From sequence record MW845758.1: a stretch of DNA of 64,000 bases. The stretch is one strand, 5' to 3'. Below the pieces are notes generated by a model. It was not told the origin of the DNA. It saw only the letters and a list, made by a program, of their open reading frames with translations, and did no database searches. The first letter of the stretch is position 1. Each line of letters starts with the position of its first letter. Below are positions 48,398 to 58,937 of this stretch, piece after piece. The position numbers were made by a program, and so were the translations under genes.

Positions 48398-49276
48398 TTA
48401 GCCTGACAGCTGGTTGGTCATGAACTCGTCAGAAACCGTACGGTAACCACCGGCAGTCGCGTTAACGTCTGGGTTGATGCCATCGGTTTGCTGAGACGGA
48501 GTCAGCCACAGCTTACGAGAGTAAGGACGCAGACCGTACAACTTCATACGTTCCAGTTCCAGATCAGCCGCCTGCATGGCACCCCAACCTGTCCATTGCT
48601 GGGAGGTGAAGGTGATAGACAGTTCGTTGGTCTGTGGCCCAGTGTTCGGATCACGATCGCCGGTATCCTGACCTGCTGCTTCAGGAATCATGTTCGTGAG
48701 CCAGAAGGCGTTCTGGGCTTTACGCTGGTACGCATCCGGTTCGATATACAGCACAGTCATGCTGTACATGTCCGGCAGGAAGTCAGGCACGTTGTTGTTG
48801 ATAGCAACGATGCCCGGGTGACCGGTATCTTTATCCATGATACCGTACATCAGCCACGCCCACAGCATGTTCTGGAACACCTTACCGTGTTTATCCGGTG
48901 AAGTGTGCGTCACGCTGGAGATGGCTTCTGTCACCATACCCGCTTCGTACTGAATGCGGTTGTTACGGCCCTGCTGAGTTTGCACCGCCTCATGGCTCAG
49001 GGTCTTGTCCAGACCAGAGATAGTGGAGTGCACCTCAATGAAGGACTTGATGGCCTGACGCCAGATGGCAGGGTTCGGCATGTAGTCCACCCACTTCGGA
49101 AACTCCATCACGCGAGCGATGACGTTACGACGAAGACGGTGGGCGTTCGTGACGAACTTACCAACCTGTCCAACCGGGCCGTTTTGGCCCGAGCTAAACG
49201 GATTGACCATGTCGTACTTACCGCCATCGACATGGAGCCCCTGATCAGGAAGGATTAAACGATCTGTAAGTGCCAT
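48398..49276 (-). CDS. Tail tube protein (phiKZ gp30-like)
   Basis: 292 aa directly downstream of the sheath; YSMTVLYIEPD..WLTNMIPEAAG..GDRD. Confidence 0.8.
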   Translation of the reverse strand: MALTDRLILPDQGLHVDGGKYDMVNPFSSGQNGPVGQVGKFVTNAHRLRRNVIARVMEFPKWVDYMPNPAIWRQAIKSFIEVHSTISGLDKTLSHEAVQTQQGRNNRIQYEAGMVTEAISSVTHTSPDKHGKVFQNMLWAWLMYGIMDKDTGHPGIVAINNNVPDFLPDMYSMTVLYIEPDAYQRKAQNAFWLTNMIPEAAGQDTGDRDPNTGPQTNELSITFTSQQWTGWGAMQAADLELERMKLYGLRPYSRKLWLTPSQQTDGINPDVNATAGGYRTVSDEFMTNQLSG

Positions 49277-49282
49277 GTGCTA

Positions 49283-51322
49283 TCACTCCCGACGGGTCAC
49301 TTTGATGGTGGTATTGAACTGGGTCAGCAACACACCGCCGGCACAATTCAGGTCCAGCGTGATTGAATACCCGTTCGCGATGTCTTCCGCTGTGAAGTAG
49401 GCATTTGGTGTGACATCAGCGATGCCATCCAATTTACCTGCCAGACGCTGGATGATGTTGTTCTCCACATCCTTGGCGACTTCGTCACGCGTCATACGGT
49501 CTTCACCGGTGGTGTCCGCCCAGACCCGGTCAGAGACACGGTAGACGTACGTCATGATGAAGTTGAACAGCGCGTTGTTCAGGACAGAGCGGTCTTCGCT
49601 GTAGATAGACTGAATCGCCGGAATGAACAGACGATAGTAGTCGTAGCTACGCGCGGTGATGAGGTTCGTTTCCCAGTCGGAAGCGTACACTTCATTACCT
49701 TTCCACGGCTGTGACAGACCAGCGAGGTCTTCGATGATTGTCAGTGAACCGCGGTTGAAACGATTGGCTGGTTTACAGGTACCTTCACCTGCACCCATGT
49801 ACTTCGAGAAGAAGCTCGCGATGCTGTACAACATCGGCACGCGCTTTTTCCAGCTCGAGTTACGGATGACAGCCGACTGTCCCGCAATCAGACCACGGGC
49901 CGCAGGGGTGCCGTAGAAATCCGATTCCGGAATAGAGGTGATCATTTCGTTGATGGCGATTTTAGCCGCTTCTTCAGTCTGGTCATCGTTCTCACCTTCG
50001 CTGTAGACAAAAGTCGACAGGGCCAGATAAGTGTTACGAGAACCGGCGATGAAGTTACACAGCGACTGTTTGGTTTCCATGGTGAAGCCGGAATCCCAGA
50101 AACAGCCCAGCGAGTATTTCAACTCGTTGTCATAACGCACTTTGCCGCCGTCCGGGAACAGCTGCATTTCACGGCTAACGAGTTCGTCGTAGGCCGCATC
50201 ACCCATGGTACCGTCAGCACCGCCGGCGAGATAATGGATGTTGTTCGAACCCAGAATCGCTTTACCGGTTTCAGTCGCAGAGTTAACCTGCAAGCCGTCG
50301 TACAGACCGCCATTCAGATCGTAGCCTGCGAAGACATCGATAAGCCATTTCACGGTTGGACCACCCACCACTTTGGCAGCAGCCAAGTCCAGAATGTCTT
50401 CCAGATTGTCGCGGTAGATGTAGAACTGCTCGAACGGGCCGTAGTCTGGCAGGTTACCGTAATCCGGTAACGTGTTACGCCAAGCATCTGGAACCACGTT
50501 GTCGAAGTCCAAGTCCACCTTCATCGCTTGATAATATGCATCAGGCTTCAGGCTGAACTTAATGCTGGTCAGGCCGCCGATAGTCTTCCAGATAACTGGA
50601 GACGTCACCCCTTTCAGGGTCTCGAAGAACTGCAAGCTGAACACGCGCGCACCCACGTCTTCCTGATACTTCGCCGACAGTGCCGGAGAAGAAGCAGCAT
50701 TCAGTGGAACGATCTTATAGCCGAAGCCATTTGCATCGTTACCCGCGTATGGGGCTTTAATGTCCCACATCGGATAGAGCTTAGACTTCACACCGCCGGT
50801 GCCCGTACGGGTGCCGTCAGTGATAATGCCTGCGCCGAACAGACCAGTCTGTTCGTTGATCTCGATGACACGGTACACGATGTCCAAGCCGGCGATTTGA
50901 GATTCAACCTTTGGCTTGCCATCAGAACCGTATTCGATTTTACCGTTCACACGCACGTATTTGGGAACTTCCGTTTCCAGTACGTCCGCCACCAAACGGT
51001 GGGTCGCGGTGGCCGCATCATCCGGCACCAGGCGCTGCATCATCATCTCGTTAGCGTTCGTGTTGAACATCGCCATAAATGGCGTATTGAACGTCACGTA
51101 GTCACTGCGGAGGTCGAACAGATTACGGCCGAACATTGACAATGCATTATCCCCGAGTAACGGGAACGCCTCGTTGTCCACCCCGCGCTGGGCGAAGGTA
51201 AAGATCAGCGGCTTATGAATCGGATCGCCAGTGGCGGTCCGCACAAGCTCTGGGACAGAGTTATCCTGCCACCCCTGCTTGTTATTCAATGGCGCGCCGT
51301 TTCGTGGAATAAAAATACTCAT
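49283..51322 (-). CDS. Tail sheath protein (phiKZ gp29-like)
   Basis: ~680 aa; YLAGGADGT, FWDSGF, SIYSEDRSVLN; start set at MSIF after RBS GGAG. Confidence 0.88.
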   Translation of the reverse strand: MSIFIPRNGAPLNNKQGWQDNSVPELVRTATGDPIHKPLIFTFAQRGVDNEAFPLLGDNALSMFGRNLFDLRSDYVTFNTPFMAMFNTNANEMMMQRLVPDDAATATHRLVADVLETEVPKYVRVNGKIEYGSDGKPKVESQIAGLDIVYRVIEINEQTGLFGAGIITDGTRTGTGGVKSKLYPMWDIKAPYAGNDANGFGYKIVPLNAASSPALSAKYQEDVGARVFSLQFFETLKGVTSPVIWKTIGGLTSIKFSLKPDAYYQAMKVDLDFDNVVPDAWRNTLPDYGNLPDYGPFEQFYIYRDNLEDILDLAAAKVVGGPTVKWLIDVFAGYDLNGGLYDGLQVNSATETGKAILGSNNIHYLAGGADGTMGDAAYDELVSREMQLFPDGGKVRYDNELKYSLGCFWDSGFTMETKQSLCNFIAGSRNTYLALSTFVYSEGENDDQTEEAAKIAINEMITSIPESDFYGTPAARGLIAGQSAVIRNSSWKKRVPMLYSIASFFSKYMGAGEGTCKPANRFNRGSLTIIEDLAGLSQPWKGNEVYASDWETNLITARSYDYYRLFIPAIQSIYSEDRSVLNNALFNFIMTYVYRVSDRVWADTTGEDRMTRDEVAKDVENNIIQRLAGKLDGIADVTPNAYFTAEDIANGYSITLDLNCAGGVLLTQFNTTIKVTRRE

Positions 51323-51382
51323 GGACGCTTCTCCATACATTCGTCTTTTAAAGACCAGATGGTCATACTAAGGTAATCACCC

Positions 51383-52288
51383 ATGGCGCTCGAAAACGCA
51401 TACACAGGCAATGTCTTTCGCAGCTTTGACCTGATTTCTATCAAAGCCCAGTTAGAACTGGCACGTAAACTTAATCAAACAGTTGCGCAGTCGGAAGAAG
51501 TCCACTATGTGGTCGAGACCGCCGATGTGACACCTTTTCCTCTCCCGATTGTTATCGAGAATGACGTGTATGTTGATGCACGTACATTTACCACGCTGGA
51601 TAAAACTGGCGCGCTAAAAATTCGTAACCCGATCGAGCACGCATTGCGACTCGACCAGGCCCGTTGGGAATTGGTGTGGAAACGGAACAATGGTAAGTTG
51701 GGTGCGCTGATGGCGCAATTACCCTACCACCATGAGGTTTTCAGTAAATGGGTGAGTGATACGATCTCGCACGCATTTTCACTCGCTCCATATCAAAGCG
51801 GGCAAGTACAGGCTTTGGCTGCTTTGTTCTCGGTAGGACAGTTCTACAACAACTTCTCAGACGATGCGCAAATGTTCCGTTTGCAGCAAGTTTTGAGTCG
51901 TGACCTCGGTATTCCGTTCAACATCTTTGAGACGGTGACCGGGAATACCGAGCACCTGTTCCCGCGTGACATCACTGAGTTTGTGGAAACGCTGAAAGAA
52001 GCGGACATCACTCCGCGCCTGAAAGACTTCTCGACCCTGACGTTAGTGCAGGCGTTGAGCACCAGTTTCTTCGGGGTCAGCTACGACCGTCAGTTGGTCA
52101 CCAGTGCGATTGAATATCCGCCGTCACTGCTTGTGATGATCAAAGCCTGTCTGAACGAAAACATGTATAACCGTTCGCGGTTAGGTGGTGTGGTGAAGAA
52201 AACGTCGGTCGCTAAGAAGAAAGACAAATTCCTCTTCACCTACAACACCATCCTGAACCAGAACAGTAAACCGACTAACATACAGTAA
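51383..52288 (+). CDS. Virion structural protein
   Basis: First of three genes between sheath and terminase, as in phiKZ gp28-26. Confidence 0.7.
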   Translation: MALENAYTGNVFRSFDLISIKAQLELARKLNQTVAQSEEVHYVVETADVTPFPLPIVIENDVYVDARTFTTLDKTGALKIRNPIEHALRLDQARWELVWKRNNGKLGALMAQLPYHHEVFSKWVSDTISHAFSLAPYQSGQVQALAALFSVGQFYNNFSDDAQMFRLQQVLSRDLGIPFNIFETVTGNTEHLFPRDITEFVETLKEADITPRLKDFSTLTLVQALSTSFFGVSYDRQLVTSAIEYPPSLLVMIKACLNENMYNRSRLGGVVKKTSVAKKKDKFLFTYNTILNQNSKPTNIQ

Positions 52289-52298
52289 GAGGCACGTC

Positions 52299-54818
52299 AT
52301 GGAGAAATGGCTCACCGCTCACGCCGCGAAGAACGCGTGGCAGCGCCCTTATCTCGATGGACAACTGAATGTCAGGCCCGCTCGTTTGACGGAAGTCACG
52401 GGCGGGATTGGTTTTGTGCGCGAAGCCGGGGGAATTACCCCGATGCCAGAAGCCGGTACGTGGTGGCATGTTTTCCACATTGGGAAACTCCACTCGAGCT
52501 ACGGTAACTTGGCGATTGGTGCGGGGATGTGGAAACGCGTCTCCACTTGCATCAATGCTTTCAGCGCCTTCATTCTGTTGTACAACGAAGCGGGTGTCAC
52601 GATTCCTGCGCACAACGCGTTTTTCTACCGCCGTCCCAACGGTGCGGTGTTGCTGGCCATTCCCCAGTCAGACCGTTACAAATGGTTGGAGACCGATGCG
52701 CTGTATGTGCGTTTTTATCCGGGTTACGACGGTGGCGATAACGCCCCTATCATTAACCCAACCTCGATTGAAGTCTTTACCATCTCCACATTGCAAATGC
52801 GCCAGAAGGCGTTTGACCGGTATGCGCAGTTAAAGGCGGGTGCCAAAGGTTACGTGACCCTGTGGGTTAACGGCAAGTGTGTGGATAATCCGGTACTGGC
52901 CGATGTCACGCTGTGGGACGACTTTGAGATTCGCGTTGACGGTCGTGTGAAACGTGTGGTGGATTTCCGTTGTGGGGATCTCTCCAGTTTCGTTTCAGCG
53001 CTTGACCAGAAACGTAAGTATCTGCTGCACCTGCCAAAACAGTCAGGGACGTGGTCGTTTAACAACGACGTTGAGTTGCATGTGCTCTACGGTCGTGAGG
53101 TGCGTTACTACCACCGTCATCGTCAGCAAGCAGTACGTAACCTGTCGTGGAATGACATGTCGATTCCCACTGAGCGTATCTCGCAGTTGCGTAACTCGTA
53201 TTCCGCGGCTGTTGGTGATATCGACGACATGGTTATCCGGGTGTTGATTCGTGATGACTTCTTGGACATGGCTCCGTTGTTTAACACTGACCACGTTCAT
53301 GAACTCTACAAAATGTCCGATGCACAAATCATCGCGGCATTGGTTGGAGCCGATGCAACGCTCGCTGCGTGGCAGGCTTCTAATCTGGAACAGTCATACG
53401 CGAACCGTCTGGCCGCTGCGAAGCCGCAAAGCATTACCCGCGACTTCTGTACCAAAGCGTACGGATATAACGCTGTGGCGCGTTACAGCGCGGATACGCC
53501 CCAACGTCTCACCATGGACGAACGTGGCTGGGGCTGTCGACTGCCTGCGTTACTGGCGGCTGAGTGCACAGTGTACGAATACGACGGCAATGGCATGTTG
53601 CTCGGTTACCAACCCCATTCGGGTGGTGAGCCGGTCTATTACGCTAAGAACCCGAAAGCACGTATCGTTGAAGCGATTGTAGGTACCGCGGGTACGTCAG
53701 TGAACATCACTGATAACGCCCCGGACTTTGAAATCGCCGATGGTGATAACGTGGGTCTGTGGATTCGCACACTGAAAAACGAAGTGCCGACTGACACCTA
53801 TGCGCAAGCGGTAGAAGGTACCGACTACGTTCGTAACGGGAACCTGATTACGTGGAAGGTGGACCGGACGCGTCGTCACCCAACGGTGATTCACGATAAC
53901 CAGCATCTGTTCTTCGAAGTGGATGTGGAGTTGGATGAAGGGGAAATCCTGATTCCGATTCTGGCGACCAACCAAGAAGGCGACCAACGTACGCTGTGGA
54001 TTCCAATGGAAACCGTAGAGAGTTGGATGAACGGACACCCACTGGTGCATTCGATTGATTACCAGACGGTGTGGCCGAACGTGATGGTTGTGTGTAAGGC
54101 GTGGTCATCAGACACAACCACCAACCGTATCGCAATTCGCTGTCGTGGCGTGACGGGTCTGTTGAAGATTCCGAAGTGTGGCTTTGTGGCTTCGGGGCTG
54201 TTCTCCAACAACTCGCAGTTCGATGTGCGTGACGATAAAGTCATTCGTGTGGTTGCAGGTGGCGGGTTACTGCTGCGTGATGAAGTGGTGTTCCGTGAGG
54301 ACTCAACCATCGGTACGGACATCGTGCCTGACGGTTTCCCGTTCTCTGTGGATGACCCAACGATTCCGCTGCGCGACACCGTTGAAGGTAACACCTACGA
54401 ACTGCGTGACGCTTCCCGTGCGTTGGATAAGTCGATTGAAGATTACCTCACGGTAAAACTGCCGACTCCACCGCCAGCACCGGTTGTGGCTATCGAGCAT
54501 TACTACCACTTGTTCTCACCGCTGCTCAATAAGCTACTGTGGGATAAAAAGTCTGGTGCGCTGACGCTCGTCGAAGATGACCCGAACTATCGTATCTCAA
54601 CGCAACAGCTGGATGAGATTATGCAGCGGTATTCGTACCTGCTGAAATTCGACCCGGCGTATATCGGCTACGATGAGATCTTTGTGAAAGTGCATCCGCA
54701 CGTCCAGTATTCCGTGATGGAAGTGGACGAGTTAATGTTTGCGTTCGCTGACCGTGTGAACCAACGTTACCTGCGTGGTAAGGTGCAGCTTAACCAGTAT
54801 TTGAAAATCAAGGGCTAA
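52299..54818 (+). CDS. Large virion (tail/baseplate) protein
   Basis: 839 aa; synteny. Confidence 0.72.
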   Translation: MEKWLTAHAAKNAWQRPYLDGQLNVRPARLTEVTGGIGFVREAGGITPMPEAGTWWHVFHIGKLHSSYGNLAIGAGMWKRVSTCINAFSAFILLYNEAGVTIPAHNAFFYRRPNGAVLLAIPQSDRYKWLETDALYVRFYPGYDGGDNAPIINPTSIEVFTISTLQMRQKAFDRYAQLKAGAKGYVTLWVNGKCVDNPVLADVTLWDDFEIRVDGRVKRVVDFRCGDLSSFVSALDQKRKYLLHLPKQSGTWSFNNDVELHVLYGREVRYYHRHRQQAVRNLSWNDMSIPTERISQLRNSYSAAVGDIDDMVIRVLIRDDFLDMAPLFNTDHVHELYKMSDAQIIAALVGADATLAAWQASNLEQSYANRLAAAKPQSITRDFCTKAYGYNAVARYSADTPQRLTMDERGWGCRLPALLAAECTVYEYDGNGMLLGYQPHSGGEPVYYAKNPKARIVEAIVGTAGTSVNITDNAPDFEIADGDNVGLWIRTLKNEVPTDTYAQAVEGTDYVRNGNLITWKVDRTRRHPTVIHDNQHLFFEVDVELDEGEILIPILATNQEGDQRTLWIPMETVESWMNGHPLVHSIDYQTVWPNVMVVCKAWSSDTTTNRIAIRCRGVTGLLKIPKCGFVASGLFSNNSQFDVRDDKVIRVVAGGGLLLRDEVVFREDSTIGTDIVPDGFPFSVDDPTIPLRDTVEGNTYELRDASRALDKSIEDYLTVKLPTPPPAPVVAIEHYYHLFSPLLNKLLWDKKSGALTLVEDDPNYRISTQQLDEIMQRYSYLLKFDPAYIGYDEIFVKVHPHVQYSVMEVDELMFAFADRVNQRYLRGKVQLNQYLKIKG

Positions 54819-54821
54819 TCC

Positions 54822-56465
54822 ATGGCATTATCAACTGAACTTATCGACAAGGATCGTGGCTGGCGAGCGTGGGGTATTGATGACCTCTACAACGAAACCA
54901 CGGGCACCGGATTTGTGCCCAATCCCAACGACTGGATTTACTACCCGAGCACGAATATCGTCTACAAAGTTCTGACGGTGAACTACTCGGCCCAGACGTG
55001 GACGAAAGAACCGCTGAACGGGATTCCGTTGGTAGGCGATGACAGTCCGCTGGGTGGTCACTATCCACTGCGTTCGGACAAATACCGTGTCTACGTTGAC
55101 AGCACCAAAAACCCGGCAACGATGTCGTTTGACAACAACGTGACGTGGAACGGTGCGGACGTCGAAGGGGTGCGCATTTTCCGCGGTAACGATATCACTG
55201 ATGCCGGTGAAATCCTCTCGGGCTATTACAAAGACGGGAAGCTGCAGAAAACATATTTGCCAATGGCAAGCATCTCCAACGCCGGTCAACCGACTGTGGT
55301 GAAGCAAGCGCTGCAAGGTGCCTGTTTAGCCGCAGTGGATCACGGTGAGATGATTTCGTTTGTGGTCTACGACGATGTGGGTAACGGGATTGCCATGGGG
55401 ATCGGTTATGTTATCAAAACCAATCTCGTGATGGCACTGGAAACCCCAGCACGCACCGTGTTGAATCTGAAACTGGTGAGTCCGTTTATCTCCGGTGACG
55501 ATTCCAACGTGTTGACCCTGCCGATTAACATCCCGCTGGAGTCTATCCCGCTGTGGTGTGAAGTGCAGTACAGTGACGGCAAGAAAACCTTGGCGGTTGA
55601 CGGTACCCGTGTGAAACTCAACGGGCTGCGTAACTCCGGTTCTCACGACACGTACTACATCTCATCGAACGCCGGTAACGAGCTGCCACTGGTGCTCAGT
55701 TATCAGTTGGCGAAAGGGGAGTCGTACATCGGTGATGATTTGATTGATGGCAAAACCATCGTCAAAGATTACACCGCGGTCACCGAAGTAGTGGATGGGG
55801 CGTACTCAATGAAACTGTTTGTCGTGGCAACGTGGTTGGATGCAACCCGCGGCTATCGCTTGCAGTTCTTGCTGTACAACCTGACTCGCGGCACCGTGTA
55901 CGACGCGACTGCGCAAATCACCTACACCACGGGCGCAAGCTTTGACCCGCTGTTGTACGGTGTGAAGCAACGTCTCAACGTGCAGTGTGATATCAGCAAA
56001 GTGAACGTGGCGTACCGTGCGTATATTCACGCGCAGTCGTTTAGCATCACGCTGATGAATCCGGGCACCGAGAAGAACACCAACTTCCTGCTGGAGTATC
56101 TGCCAAACGGTCTGGTGTTCGGTGAGGGGATTTGGGCGGAGTTCAAATACTCCAACGTCACTTATTCAGAGCTGGACGTGACTTGTAAGAAAACGTCACA
56201 GGCTGAATGGCTGGCGGCGCTCTACGACCCAAGCTACCCACTGTACGATCGTCGTAATGAAGACGGGCCTCTGACCCCGACCCATTTCGAGATTCACGTG
56301 GGTGGGAATATCTACCAGTATGCCATCGAAGACTGGATGTCGAAGAAGGTGGTGAATTACAAAGTGGGCTACGATGCCTCGCTGGTGATTCGTTGGATTC
56401 GTCGCACCCCGACTGATACCTTGCAACTCGCTGCAACCCCGATGCTGGCTCACCACATCGAATAA
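54822..56465 (+). CDS. Virion structural protein
   Basis: 547 aa, beta-rich; synteny. Confidence 0.72.
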   Translation: MALSTELIDKDRGWRAWGIDDLYNETTGTGFVPNPNDWIYYPSTNIVYKVLTVNYSAQTWTKEPLNGIPLVGDDSPLGGHYPLRSDKYRVYVDSTKNPATMSFDNNVTWNGADVEGVRIFRGNDITDAGEILSGYYKDGKLQKTYLPMASISNAGQPTVVKQALQGACLAAVDHGEMISFVVYDDVGNGIAMGIGYVIKTNLVMALETPARTVLNLKLVSPFISGDDSNVLTLPINIPLESIPLWCEVQYSDGKKTLAVDGTRVKLNGLRNSGSHDTYYISSNAGNELPLVLSYQLAKGESYIGDDLIDGKTIVKDYTAVTEVVDGAYSMKLFVVATWLDATRGYRLQFLLYNLTRGTVYDATAQITYTTGASFDPLLYGVKQRLNVQCDISKVNVAYRAYIHAQSFSITLMNPGTEKNTNFLLEYLPNGLVFGEGIWAEFKYSNVTYSELDVTCKKTSQAEWLAALYDPSYPLYDRRNEDGPLTPTHFEIHVGGNIYQYAIEDWMSKKVVNYKVGYDASLVIRWIRRTPTDTLQLAATPMLAHHIE

Positions 56466-56513
56466 GAAAAACTGTGACCCTCGGCCGAAAGGTCGGGGGT
56501 CCGGGAGGGATTT

Positions 56514-58622
56514 ATGATTTTACGTGAAAGTGATTGGGGCTTGCACCCGGGGTCGGTGATTCACGACACCACCAAAAACAGACACTTCCTGAAATTTGCC
56601 AATACGCTAATGGCGTTAGGTGTGCGTCACTACTACGTGCACTTGGCGCTGCACAATCCGTCGCTCAAAGACGTTGACCCGTTCGACCCCAACCTCACCA
56701 TTATCCAGAAAGCGGATATCGTGCAGGAGTGTGCGGAGAACCCGTGGTATTACTTCCGTGAATGTTTACGCGTACCTGCTGATGGTACCACCGGGGTGCC
56801 ATTTAAAATGGACCGCGGTAACTTTGCGCTGTATTGGATTTTCTTCAACAACATCGACGTCGCATTGGAGTTCCTGCGTCAGCACGGTAAGACCATCGGT
56901 GTGGCGTCACTGGAATCGTGGTTACTGAGGTTCTTGGAGAACTCCCGTACCATCCACGTAACCAAAGGGCCGGTACTGCGTGAGGAAACCATCACCACGC
57001 TAAAACGTCTACGTGATGGGTTACCGGACTTCCTCTGGCCAACGCACCCTGATGACCCAGACAACAAAGAAGCCTTTGCGTGTTTGGCCATGGGGAACAA
57101 ACTGATTACCGCTATCGGTCAGAACGATGAGCAGTCTGCTAACGGTGTGGGTCGTGGACTCACTGCCGGTCGACTGTTATCGGATGAAGGCCCGTTCACC
57201 AAAAACATCCAGCACATCCTGCCGGCTGCGTTGGGTTCGGGTACCGCAGCACGTCGTATCAACGAAGAGAACGGTGTACCGTACGGAAACGTGTTCGCCA
57301 CAACGCCTGGGGACTTGGCGACCGAAGAAGGTCGTTTCATGTACCAGTTGATGACATCAGGGATTTCGTGGGATGAGCGTTATATCGATATCCCAACGCG
57401 CAAAGAACTGATTGATTTGATTCAGCTGAACTCCACGGCGAAGATTCCGCGTATCATGTTCTACGTGAAGTTCAACCACCAACAGTTGGGTACGACCGAT
57501 GCCGAGCTGGCAACGATGATTGCCAACGCCACGGGTACACCTGACCAGATCCGTCGTGACTACGGGGGTCAGTGGACCACCGGTGGTTTGAACAAACCGT
57601 ATTCAGAAGAAGATGCGGCAAGGATGACCAAATCACGTCAGCGTGCCGAGTTCAAAGACATCTCTACATCAGGCTATGTCACCGACTGGTATTACAAAGA
57701 AGATGAAATCGGTTCGAAGCTTCGGGCTCGACACATCATCGGTTTGGATACCTCGGAGGCCGTGGGTCGAGATGCCATCGCGATGTCTATCGTGAACTCA
57801 GAGACGGCAGAACTGGCCGGTAAACTCACGGTAAACGAAACAAACGTCATCGGCTTTGCCATTCACTTGGCGAATTTCATGATAAAGTATGAGAACACAG
57901 TTTTAATTCTCGAAAGACGCAGCACCGGGTCGTCGGTCGCCGATGCAATTATCTTGCAGCTGCAATCGAAAATCCGTGACTTGCACAGACGTCTGTATGT
58001 GCGTATTACCCAAGACTACAGTCGTAATGATGAGCTCTACAAAGAGTACCATCGTGGTCCGGGTAACTTCCCAGAGAAGTTCTGGGATAAGTTCCGTAAA
58101 TACATTGGCTTCTCAACGGATCAGAATAAACGTCTTAAGCTTTACGGTGAGGTATTCACTATGGCTCTGCGTTTATCCGCACACCTCATACGTTCCGGGG
58201 AGTTGATAGACCAGATTCTTAGCTTGGTTGAAAGAAGCGGTCGTATCGACCATCAACGTTCAGGGCACGATGACTTGGTAATCTCTTGGTTGCTGGCTAT
58301 GTGGCTGCTCATTTTCGGTAAGAATCTCAATCACTACGAGATATCCAATCACCGTTTAATGATCCGTAACAAAACCATGCTCGAAGGAGGTGATACCCAA
58401 GACGAAGAGTTGTTGGTGGAAGAAGAACAAAAACAACAACAGCTGATGGGTGAAATTGAAGCGGTCATTCGGGATATGCAGGGGGTTACATGTCCAGTGA
58501 AGACCATGCGCCTCAAAGGGCATCTTCAACATCTAGTCAGTCAACTCAACACTGATATGCGAAACGTCGCATCGATGGAAAGTCTAAAAGACTTGATCCA
58601 GCGGCAAAGGATGAATTCATGA
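56514..58622 (+). CDS. terL: Terminase large subunit
   Basis: Walker A RQHGKT, Walker B LLSDE, motif III ATT, nuclease IGLDTS..D and GHDDLV. Confidence 0.93.
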   Translation: MILRESDWGLHPGSVIHDTTKNRHFLKFANTLMALGVRHYYVHLALHNPSLKDVDPFDPNLTIIQKADIVQECAENPWYYFRECLRVPADGTTGVPFKMDRGNFALYWIFFNNIDVALEFLRQHGKTIGVASLESWLLRFLENSRTIHVTKGPVLREETITTLKRLRDGLPDFLWPTHPDDPDNKEAFACLAMGNKLITAIGQNDEQSANGVGRGLTAGRLLSDEGPFTKNIQHILPAALGSGTAARRINEENGVPYGNVFATTPGDLATEEGRFMYQLMTSGISWDERYIDIPTRKELIDLIQLNSTAKIPRIMFYVKFNHQQLGTTDAELATMIANATGTPDQIRRDYGGQWTTGGLNKPYSEEDAARMTKSRQRAEFKDISTSGYVTDWYYKEDEIGSKLRARHIIGLDTSEAVGRDAIAMSIVNSETAELAGKLTVNETNVIGFAIHLANFMIKYENTVLILERRSTGSSVADAIILQLQSKIRDLHRRLYVRITQDYSRNDELYKEYHRGPGNFPEKFWDKFRKYIGFSTDQNKRLKLYGEVFTMALRLSAHLIRSGELIDQILSLVERSGRIDHQRSGHDDLVISWLLAMWLLIFGKNLNHYEISNHRLMIRNKTMLEGGDTQDEELLVEEEQKQQQLMGEIEAVIRDMQGVTCPVKTMRLKGHLQHLVSQLNTDMRNVASMESLKDLIQRQRMNS

Positions 58623-58873
58623 CTGTAATTTATATCGTCAGTGTGTTTTTCGTGTGGGGAATTATTTTCTCAATAGCGACCCATACGTTACACGCTATCC
58701 GCGATTATGGTAGACGAGAACATCTCGGTGCCGTGGCTGTAGCGCGGTGCAAGGTTGTGGTTATTTCGTTTATCATCTGTGCCGGCATTGCTTCCAATTA
58801 CGGCATGTCAAAAGTTTATCAGATGCATCAGGCGGCAGTAGTGGCGACAGCCCCGGTGGTTAACGTTGCCTAA
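58619..58873 (+). CDS. Small two-TM membrane protein
   Basis: ATGA overlap with terL; two hydrophobic segments. Confidence 0.6.
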   Translation: MTVIYIVSVFFVWGIIFSIATHTLHAIRDYGRREHLGAVAVARCKVVVISFIICAGIASNYGMSKVYQMHQAAVVATAPVVNVA

Positions 58874-58885
58874 TATTGCTCCACC

Positions 58886-58937
58886 AAAAAAATAATACCC
58901 CCAACCCGTGATAGGGTGGGGGTATTTCTCTTATTTT
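58886..58937. terminator. Bidirectional terminator
   Basis: ATACCCCCAACCC-GTGATA-GGGTGGGGGTAT flanked by A and T tracts, between convergent genes. Confidence 0.8.

Noticed and set aside
58619-58873. Firm holin call for the small membrane protein
   Set aside because: Two TM segments alone are insufficient and no endolysin is adjacent; kept only as a hypothesis
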